A stretch of 52,780 bases of DNA, from assembly GCA_949291655.1 (NCBI GenBank), contig CASEWT010000002.1, positions 1 to 52,780 on the forward strand. The letters run 5' to 3'. The translations under genes and the position numbers were made by a program. A model generated the notes under the pieces. It did no database searches, had not been told where the DNA came from, and worked only from the letters and a program-made list of their open reading frames with translations. Of the stretch, positions 32,798-40,062 are shown one piece after another. The stretch comes from an uncultured Bacillota bacterium. Lineage in GTDB: Bacteria > Bacillota_I > Bacilli_A > RFN20 > CAG-826. The number at the start of each line of letters is the position of its first letter. Within the stretch, counting starts at the first letter, position 1.

Positions 32798-33880
32798 TTA
32801 GCGAACAATTTCGATGGGGGTTCCGTCGCCCGCGAAACGATAGGAATGCCCGCCTTCGATCTTCGCGATGAAGACCTCGGCCTCGAGTTCCCCGTCGGGG
32901 CCCTCGCTTGCGTATTCGCACATGAACTCGTCGCCTAAGGCTGCCTCGGGGGAAGTCGGCTGGTATTCGAATTCGCACTCGACGGTGGAAGCACCCTCCC
33001 GCACCTGGATTTGCGACTCGCCTTCCCGGCCTTCGATTTCGCTTTCGTACTCGATTTCCCGGTAGGGACGGGTGTCCCCTTCCTTGTAGAAAGAGAAGCG
33101 GTACTCGTCCTCGGCCGCCTCGATTTCCTGCTCGACCCGGATGAAGCCGCCGGGCACTTCAAGGTCCATGTTGATGTTCGTCTCTTCGCCTTCGGTCTCG
33201 ATACGCCCTTCGAAGGCGAAGGAAGAGCCGCCTTCTCCTTCGTAGGAGACGGTTCCCGAGAACAGCTGGGTCGACGCGTCGACGACCTCTTCGGAATAGG
33301 AAATGAGGAAGGTTTCCGCTCCTTCGACGGTGATAAGAGAGGAAGAGGGATCGAAGGCGACGTGCCAAGCCCCGGAGGTCTGGATTTCCTCGACCATGTA
33401 GATGAAATCCTCGATTTCGTTGGCCACTTCTTCTTTCTCCTGAAGGGTGAGGAAGGAGTCAGCTTCCTCGTCCCGTTCGAAGCGTTCCATCCGCCGGGCT
33501 AGAGATAGGGTCGGAGAAAGTTCCTCGAAGGAAGGGGCCAAGGCGAAAAGGGCAACGGCTTGCCGCGAAATGGCACCTGCCTCGGCCTCGGTCATCTCCC
33601 CAGGAAGCGGGGTGGGCGGGACGAGGGCGGAGCTGCCGGGGCCCTCACCCGGGGAAGCGTTCCCAAGGACGGAAGGAATGACGATTGCCAGGGCTAGGAC
33701 GCAGGAAAGAGCCGCGGCCGAGGGAATGGCCCACTTCCAAGGGAAGGGTTTTTTCTTGGCAGAGGGAGTAACCTCGGGCGGGATTTGCTTGACGAGACGG
33801 TATGTTTCTTCGAGATCAGAAGGAAGATCGACCCGGCTCGCGGCTTCGAGGAGTTTCTTTTCGATGTCTTTTTTCTTCAC
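32798..33880 (-). CDS. Putative single-pass anti-sigma factor, copy 2
   Basis: 360 aa with a GTG start overlapping the sigma stop (GTGA). It has a short cytoplasmic segment, one TM helix (AIPSAAALSCVLALAIVIPSVL) and a ~285-aa acidic extracytoplasmic domain. Confidence 0.65.
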   Translation of the reverse strand: MKKKDIEKKLLEAASRVDLPSDLEETYRLVKQIPPEVTPSAKKKPFPWKWAIPSAAALSCVLALAIVIPSVLGNASPGEGPGSSALVPPTPLPGEMTEAEAGAISRQAVALFALAPSFEELSPTLSLARRMERFERDEEADSFLTLQEKEEVANEIEDFIYMVEEIQTSGAWHVAFDPSSSLITVEGAETFLISYSEEVVDASTQLFSGTVSYEGEGGSSFAFEGRIETEGEETNINMDLEVPGGFIRVEQEIEAAEDEYRFSFYKEGDTRPYREIEYESEIEGREGESQIQVREGASTVECEFEYQPTSPEAALGDEFMCEYASEGPDGELEAEVFIAKIEGGHSYRFAGDGTPIEIVR

Positions 33881-34398
33881 TGGCTTTCTTCCTCCTTTCT
33901 CCGCATTTTCTTGATCGCGCGGTTGTAGGCGACGAGGACGGTCGAGAGTTTTTTGTTGGTGATAGCGGCAATCTCGCGGAACTTCAGCCCGTCGAGGACG
34001 TGGAGGATCACGATTTCCCGCTCGCTTTCGTTCAAGGGAGCGAGGAGGCGCTTCACTTCGTCGAGGCCTTCGTAGGAGACTTTCTGGCCGATTTCCTCTT
34101 CGGAGCCGATGGCTTCGTCGAAGGAGGTTTCCCGTTTCCTTTTCTCGAGATAATCGTAGGAGAGGTTCCGGGCAATCGTCGCTAGATAGGCATAGGGATT
34201 CGAGCCGGGCTCGAACCGCGAGAGCGAGGAGATGAAGCGGACATAGGTATCTTGGACGACGTCTTTCGTCGCCTCTTCCTCACCGAGGATGGCCAAAGCG
34301 ACGTAAAAGACCTTGCGGTGGGTCTCTTCGTAGAAAAGAGGGAAGCGCGCGTGGTTCCCAAGGCGCAATTCCTCAATGACGTCGCTAAGGTTATCCAT
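33877..34398 (-). CDS. ECF-type (group 4) sigma-70 family factor, copy 2
   Basis: 173 aa with region 2 (TKDVVQDTYVRFISSLSRF...AYLATIARN) and region 4 (LKFREIAAITNKKLSTVLVAYNRAIKKMR). It is a paralogue of the sigma at 27359. Confidence 0.88.
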   Translation of the reverse strand: MDNLSDVIEELRLGNHARFPLFYEETHRKVFYVALAILGEEEATKDVVQDTYVRFISSLSRFEPGSNPYAYLATIARNLSYDYLEKRKRETSFDEAIGSEEEIGQKVSYEGLDEVKRLLAPLNESEREIVILHVLDGLKFREIAAITNKKLSTVLVAYNRAIKKMRRKEEESQ

Positions 34399-34425
34399 TC
34401 CTTCATGGCTCTCTCCCCGCCTAAG

Positions 34426-34455
34426 AAACGGAGAAAGGCCCCTTTTTATTACAAC
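34426..34455 (-). promoter_or_regulatory. ECF-type promoter candidate (GTTGTAAT-N16-CCGTTT) upstream of sigma gene 2
   Basis: Minus strand reads GTTGTAATAAAAAGGGGCCTTTCTCCGTTT. The -10-like CCGTTT ends 27 nt upstream of the ATG at 34398. Confidence 0.5.
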
Positions 34456-34458
34456 GAA

Positions 34459-35052
34459 TCAATCTTTGATCCCCAGCAATTCCCGGAAACGGGGAAGGGA
34501 GAGGCACCAGTCGGTAAAGACATGCCACTCCTTCAACTTGTGTCCCCGCCGCTGGTAATACATCGTCTTGAGCTGCTGATAGTTGGTAACCATCGTCGCC
34601 CCAAGGCAGAAACCCGAAGGGAGGGAGGCAACAATAATCCGCCAAGCCCGCTTCTTGTCTTCGGGCTTCTCGTCGGGAATCTCGTTATAGGAGGCGACGA
34701 GTTCCTCGATCCGCTTGATGATCAGAGGATCGGTTTCCTCAACGCATTGGGAAGCGATGTCGAACTTGAGGAGACAGTGCATCGTCGATTGGCTTGAGAT
34801 GAAATCGAACCAGTGGTAACGCTGGGCTTCCTTCCACCAATAAAGAGGGGCGACAATATCGACTTGGACGGTGATGCCCTTGAGGAAGTTGTCGTGGCCT
34901 TCCCCGCCCCGGGTCGCGCCGAGGCGCTCGGCCCGTAAGAAGTCCTTTTCCGTGGTTGCTCCCGTATCCAGCTTCGTCCGCATCGGGTTCCCGGAGGCCT
35001 TAACGGCTCTTTCCAACCCGTAAACAGATTCATTTCCGATGTAGTAATTCAT
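34459..35052 (-). CDS. ThyX-fold (Thy1-like) protein lacking the canonical RHRxxS signature
   Basis: GHDNFLKGITVQVDIVAPLYWWKEAQRYHWFDFISSQS aligns by eye with T. maritima ThyX [37 protein letters not shown]. The C-terminal QRRGHKLKEW aligns with LRADSHAQWE. The ATG at 35052 forms an ATGA overlap with the folD stop. Confidence 0.55.
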   Translation of the reverse strand: MNYYIGNESVYGLERAVKASGNPMRTKLDTGATTEKDFLRAERLGATRGGEGHDNFLKGITVQVDIVAPLYWWKEAQRYHWFDFISSQSTMHCLLKFDIASQCVEETDPLIIKRIEELVASYNEIPDEKPEDKKRAWRIIVASLPSGFCLGATMVTNYQQLKTMYYQRRGHKLKEWHVFTDWCLSLPRFRELLGIKD

Positions 35053-35843
35053 TTCCGCTTCTCCTTGTATGCTAGGCAAACGTTTTCCATGAGGGCGAGC
35101 CTTGTAAGGAGCCCTACCCCGCCGGGAACCGGGGATTGGTAGGCCACCTCGCGGCCGGGAAGGATGTCCCCCCGAAGCTTTCCGTCGACCCCCCGGTTGA
35201 TGCCGACATCGATTAGGTAGGCATCCTTTTTGAGCGGGAAACGCCCGTCAAGATACCCTTCGCGTCCGATAGCCACCGCCACGAGATCGGCGTGGCCAAG
35301 ATAGAATTTCTTATCCTCTTCCGAAGTGCGGCTATGAAGAAGGGTGACGTTCATGTTCTTCCGGGTGAGCAGCCGGGCCAAAGGCTTGCCAACAATGTCG
35401 CTCCGGCCGATGACGACAGCGTTTTTCCCCTCGAAGGGGAAGCCGACGGACGCAAGATAGTCGACGATTCCCTTGGGGGTGCAGGGCTCGAAGGGCGAAT
35501 CGAAGATAAACCCGTCGACGTCCTTCGATAGAGGAATCAAGCGCCCGATGGCCTTCTCATCGAGGCCCTTAGGGAGGGGGAGCTGAACGATGATCCCGTC
35601 GATGGAGGGATCGGAAGCTTCCTTGAGGACTGCTTCCTCGAGCTCCTTTTCCCCGATGTCCTCCGGGAACCAGAGATGCTTGAAGGCAAGACCGAGCCCC
35701 TCGGCATCCTTCCTTTTCCCGCGGATATAAGAATCGCTGGCCGCATCATGCCCGACCTGAACGACCGCGAGGCCGGGCTTCCGGTCGAAAAGGGCGATTT
35801 CCGCTTGAAGTTCGCCCTTCCGCCGGGCGACGTATTCCTTCAT
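35049..35843 (-). CDS. folD: Bifunctional methylenetetrahydrofolate dehydrogenase/cyclohydrolase
   Basis: Typical FolD motifs are present: SDSYIRGKRK, IDGIIVQLPLP, KDVDGF, TPKGI and VVIGRSDIVGKPLA. The track starts at GTG 35852; ATG 35843 is an alternative. Confidence 0.93.
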   Translation of the reverse strand: MKEYVARRKGELQAEIALFDRKPGLAVVQVGHDAASDSYIRGKRKDAEGLGLAFKHLWFPEDIGEKELEEAVLKEASDPSIDGIIVQLPLPKGLDEKAIGRLIPLSKDVDGFIFDSPFEPCTPKGIVDYLASVGFPFEGKNAVVIGRSDIVGKPLARLLTRKNMNVTLLHSRTSEEDKKFYLGHADLVAVAIGREGYLDGRFPLKKDAYLIDVGINRGVDGKLRGDILPGREVAYQSPVPGGVGLLTRLALMENVCLAYKEKRK

Positions 35844-35889
35844 CGTTTCCACGGCTTAGAGGATAACACCGCAAAAGAGCCTAAGCACG

Positions 35890-35910
35890 AAAAAACCGGC
35901 CAAAGGCCGG
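35890..35910 (-). terminator. Intrinsic terminator after secG
   Basis: Minus strand reads CCGGCC-ttt-GGCCGG followed by TTTTTT. Confidence 0.8.
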
Positions 35911-35930
35911 TCAAGCTCACTAACCCTTCC

Positions 35931-36254
35931 CTAGAAAAGAGGGACGATCATCCGGAAGGCCGCGGAAGCCGCTTCGCTCGATGAGCTGTCGCCAGAAGAG
36001 GAGGCGCCCACCGAATTGAGAACCATGATGAGGAGAGCCATGAAGAGGAAGACGACCGCGAAGCCGAAGGTCAGCCAGCTGATGACTTTCTCGGAGCCCC
36101 GCTCCTTCGTCTTGGCGAAGACGTTGAGGCCGCCGCCGGTAATAGCACCGGAAGCGCCTTCGCTCTTCCCGCCCTGAAGAAGGCTGAGGATGATCACGAT
36201 GAGGGCCACGATGACGAAGATTATGTCGTACCACTGAAGCGTCATATTGTCCAA
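35931..36254 (-). CDS. secG: Preprotein translocase subunit SecG
   Basis: 107 aa with two TM helices and the Gly-rich loop LLQGGKSEGASGAITGGG typical of SecG. Confidence 0.85.
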   Translation of the reverse strand: MDNMTLQWYDIIFVIVALIVIILSLLQGGKSEGASGAITGGGLNVFAKTKERGSEKVISWLTFGFAVVFLFMALLIMVLNSVGASSSGDSSSSEAASAAFRMIVPLF

Positions 36255-36300
36255 AAATCCATGCGCCCTTAAGCGCCTAGTAATCTTAGTTTAGTTGTCC

Positions 36301-36948
36301 CTACTTATCAATCGTCTTTTTGAGGGGAGAAAGAAGCTCATCGAGCGTGGAAATGGCCACCTCTTTTTCCTCGGGGTGCGCGCCTTTCCGGTCGATGAGG
36401 ATGCCGTCGATCCCCGCCGCTTTGGCGCAGGCGAGGTCCTGCAGGGAATCCCCGACGTAGACGGCTTCGCCTTTCTTTATTTCCGGATAGAAGGCCAGGG
36501 CGGCAAGGAGGGGGTCGGGATAAGGCTTCGGCCGGCGGTCAGGCACGCTTCCCACCACCGCATCGAAAAGCCCTTCGATCCCTTGAGATTGGAGGATCAG
36601 GCGAATGTGCCGTTCGGTGTTCCCGGAGACGACGGAGAGCTTTTTCCCGGCCCGGTGGAGAGTCTCCATGACTTCCTTGCTTTCCGGGAAGAAATCGATG
36701 GCCCTTAGGTTTTCCGGATAATCGAGGGCGTCGTTGATCTTCAAGGCAAAGCGGACGTAATCCTTTTCCGGAATGCCGGCCATCTTGGCCGTCTGGTCGA
36801 GCGACATATGCATGTAAACGTTGGCCATTTCCCGCTCGAAGGGCATCCCGATTTCCTCGAAGCCAGCTTGGTAAACGCTGGCCAAGGAGCGGGCGGAATC
36901 GGCCAGTGTTCCGTCGAAGTCGAGGAGATAAAGGCGGTATTCTTTCAT
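36301..36948 (-). CDS. HAD-superfamily phosphatase (PGP/PpaX-like)
   Basis: 215 aa with motif I LLDFDGTLADS and the distal GDSLQD motif. Confidence 0.85.
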   Translation of the reverse strand: MKEYRLYLLDFDGTLADSARSLASVYQAGFEEIGMPFEREMANVYMHMSLDQTAKMAGIPEKDYVRFALKINDALDYPENLRAIDFFPESKEVMETLHRAGKKLSVVSGNTERHIRLILQSQGIEGLFDAVVGSVPDRRPKPYPDPLLAALAFYPEIKKGEAVYVGDSLQDLACAKAAGIDGILIDRKGAHPEEKEVAISTLDELLSPLKKTIDK

Positions 36949-38927
36949 AGGGTTCCTTTCAGTTCCATGATGGCGTCGCGGATGGCCGCGGCCCGCTCGA
37001 AGTCGTAGGCCTTCGCGGCTTCTTTCATCTCGCGTTCCATCTTCTTAAGGTATTTCTCGATTTCGCTCCGCGAGGAATGCTTGGAAACCTTCGCGAGGCC
37101 CTCGAGGTCGGACTCGTCGTTGGTAAGCGGGGGTCGGATTTCCTTCACGATGGTCGTCGGAACGATCCCGTTTTCGTCATTGTAAGCCTCTTGGATGGCC
37201 CGTCGGCGGTTCGTCTCGGCAATGGCCTCTTTCATCGATTCGGTCACCCCGTCCGCGTACATGATGACCTTCCCGTGGGCATTCCGGGCGGCCCGTCCGA
37301 TGATTTGGATGAGCGATGTCGTAGAGCGGAGGAAGCCTTCCTTGTCGGCATCGAGGATGGCGATGAGGCTGACCTCGGGGATATCGAGGCCCTCCCGCAG
37401 AAGGTTGATCCCGACCAGGACGTCGAATTTCCCCTTCCGCAGCTGGTAGATGATGGCCGTCCGTTCTAAGGTCTTCGTCTCGTTGTGGAGATAAGTCACC
37501 TTGATGTCGCGTTCCCTAAGGAAATTTGTGAGGTCCTCTGCCATTCGGATGGTCAAGGTGACGATCATCACGCGCTCGTTTTTGGCAATGCGGTCCTTGA
37601 TTTCCGCCAAGAGATCGTCGATTTGGCCAAGGGTCGGGCGAACATCGATCTTCGGGTCGAGGAGGCCGGTCGGGCGGATGATCTGCTCGACGACCTCGCC
37701 TCCGGCCTTTTCGACTTCATAGTCCCCGGGGGTTGCCGAAGTGCAGACGACGCGCCTCGGGTAGAGAGCCTCGAACTCCTCGAAGTTCAGGGGACGGTTA
37801 TCGAGAGCCGAAGGGAGGCGGAAGCCGTACTCGACCAAGGTCGTCTTCCGGCTCCGGTCGCCGTTGAACATCCCCCGGACCTGGGGAAAGGTGACGTGGG
37901 ACTCGTCGACGAGCAAAAGATAGTCCTTTGGAAAGTAGTCCATGAGGGTCCATGGCCGCTGCCCGGGTTTCCGTCCATCGATGTGGCGAGAGTAGTTCTC
38001 GATGCCCGGGCAGATCCCGAATTCCTTGAGCGATTCGATGTCTTGCCGGGTCCGCATTTCCAACCGCTCGGCCTCGAGGAGCTTGCCCTCGCTTCTGAAG
38101 TAGGCGAGGCGTTCCTCGAGTTCGGCTTCGATCGAATCGCAAGCCCGAAGGATCCGCGCTTTCGTCGAGGCATGGTCGTAGGCCGGATAGATGGGGCAGG
38201 TCTTCATCGACTTGATAACGGTTCCGTTCAAGCGGTCGATTTCCCGAATGGAATCGATCTCGTCGCCGAAGGTGGAAATGCGGATGAAGTAGTCCCGCGA
38301 AACCATCGGGGCAATGTCGATCACGTCGCCCCGGACCCGGAAGGAGCCGGGAGGGAGGTCGCCGTTGTCCCGACGGAACTGCGCTTCGACGAGGCGGGAG
38401 AACAGGCGCTTTCGGTCAAGGGTTTCGCCAACGCGGATCTCAAAGACGAGCCCACGGTACTCCTCGGGGTCGCTAAGGGCATAGATGGCGGCGACCGAAG
38501 CCACGACGATGGTATCGTTCCGTTCGAGGATCGAGTTGACGGCCGAGGTCCGAAGCATCTCGATGTCCTCGTTCATCACCGCGTTCTTCTCGATGTAGGT
38601 GTCCGACTTCGGAATGTAGGCTTCCGGTTGGTAGAAATCGAAATTGGAAACGAAATACTCGACCCGGTTTTGCGGGAACAATTCCTTGAATTCGCCATAC
38701 AGCTGGGAAGCCAAAGTCTTGTTGTGGACAATCACCAGCGTCGGCTTGTTGATGGCCTGGACGATGTTCGCGTCGGTGAACGTCTTCCCGGTCCCGGTCG
38801 CTCCCATGACGACTTGGAAAGTCTTGCCCTTCTCAAAGCCTTCCAAAACGGAAGCGATGGCCTTGGGCTGGTCGCCGGTCGGCTTGTAGGGCGAGGAAAG
38901 GGCAAAGGAACCGGGCAGGGAAGCCAT
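36945..38927 (-). CDS. uvrB: Excinuclease ABC subunit B
   Basis: 660 aa with Walker A GATGTGKTF, DESH helicase motifs and the C-terminal UVR motif (FERAAAIRDAI). Confidence 0.97.
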   Translation of the reverse strand: MASLPGSFALSSPYKPTGDQPKAIASVLEGFEKGKTFQVVMGATGTGKTFTDANIVQAINKPTLVIVHNKTLASQLYGEFKELFPQNRVEYFVSNFDFYQPEAYIPKSDTYIEKNAVMNEDIEMLRTSAVNSILERNDTIVVASVAAIYALSDPEEYRGLVFEIRVGETLDRKRLFSRLVEAQFRRDNGDLPPGSFRVRGDVIDIAPMVSRDYFIRISTFGDEIDSIREIDRLNGTVIKSMKTCPIYPAYDHASTKARILRACDSIEAELEERLAYFRSEGKLLEAERLEMRTRQDIESLKEFGICPGIENYSRHIDGRKPGQRPWTLMDYFPKDYLLLVDESHVTFPQVRGMFNGDRSRKTTLVEYGFRLPSALDNRPLNFEEFEALYPRRVVCTSATPGDYEVEKAGGEVVEQIIRPTGLLDPKIDVRPTLGQIDDLLAEIKDRIAKNERVMIVTLTIRMAEDLTNFLRERDIKVTYLHNETKTLERTAIIYQLRKGKFDVLVGINLLREGLDIPEVSLIAILDADKEGFLRSTTSLIQIIGRAARNAHGKVIMYADGVTESMKEAIAETNRRRAIQEAYNDENGIVPTTIVKEIRPPLTNDESDLEGLAKVSKHSSRSEIEKYLKKMEREMKEAAKAYDFERAAAIRDAIMELKGTL

Positions 38928-40043
38928 CAGCTCTTCTCCCCGTTCCGCGAGAGCATTTCCAGATAGGCGTGCATGAAGCGGTCGACGTTGCCGTCCATGA
39001 CCCCGTTGACGTCGGAGGTCTCCTCGCCGGTTCGGTTGTCCTTAACGAGCGTGTAGGGGCAGAAGACATAGCTGCGGATCTGGCTCCCCCACTCGATGTT
39101 TTTCTGCTCCCCAACGATCGATTTGAGCTGTTTCTCCCGCTCCTCGAGCTTCAAGGCCATGAGGCGGTCGGTGAGCATCTGCATGCAGGTCGCTTTGTTC
39201 ATGAGCTGCGAGCGCTCGATTTCGCATTGGACGACGATGCCGGTCGGGAGGTGGGTAATCCGGACGGCCGAGGAAACCTTATTGACGTTCTGGCCGCCGG
39301 CCCCGCCCGAGCGGAAAGTGTCGACCCGAAGGTCCTTGGGGTCAATGACGACGTCGGAGACTTCCCCAAATTCGGGAATGACGTTGACCGAAGCAAAGGA
39401 AGTGTGGCGCCTGGCATTGGCATCGAAAGGAGAAATCCGGACGAGCCGGTGGACGCCCTTCTCGCTTTTGAGGAGGCCATAGGCATTGTGGCCTTCAATC
39501 TTGACGGTCGCGGACTTCAATCCGGCCTCGTCCCCAGCCTCGATGGAAAGAGGAATCACCTTGAAATGGTGCTTTTCGCCCCACCGTTGGTACATGCGAA
39601 GGAGCATATCGGCCCAATCCTGAGCTTCCGTGCCCCCGGCCCCCGGATGGATTTCGAGGGTGGCATTTCGGGAATCGTACTCCCCGGAAAAGAGCAAAAG
39701 GCTCCGCAAATCCCCAATTTCTTTATCGAGAGTCGAGCATAGGTCATTGAGGAGATCGAGCATCTCGGGATCGTTGGCATCCGGGCTTTCGAGCATGCCG
39801 GCAAAGTCGGCATAGTCGCTCTTTATCTTGCCATAGGAGGAGACCTTGCCTTTCAGGTCGTTTAGTTCGTTAACAACCTCCAGGGCCTTGCGGCGGTCGT
39901 CCCAAAACCCCGGCGCGTTTTCCTCGCGGTCAAGCTCGGCTATCTTCCCTTCGATCTTGTCGAGGTCAAAGAGAGTCACCGAGCTGCGAGACAAGCTGCC
40001 CGATCTTCTGGGCTTCTTGCCGTAGTTCGACTAGCTCTTTCAT
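38927..40043 (-). CDS. prfB: Peptide chain release factor 2, requiring a programmed +1 frameshift
   Basis: Frame 0 runs from ATG 40043 through 25 codons (MKELVELRQEAQKIGQLVSQLGDSL) to CTT TGA C at 39971-39965. The +1 frame continues DLDKIEGKIAELD... to 38927 and contains SPF (RISPFD) and GGQ (GGAGGQNVNK). Confidence 0.95.
39966..39971 (-). other. prfB +1 frameshift site CUU UGA (C)
   Basis: Minus strand reads GGTGAC TCT CTT TGA C. This is the canonical CUU-UGA-C slippery/stop context, with the SD-like GGTGA 4 nt upstream. Confidence 0.9.
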
Positions 40044-40062
40044 GTATTCCTTTTCCTTTTCG

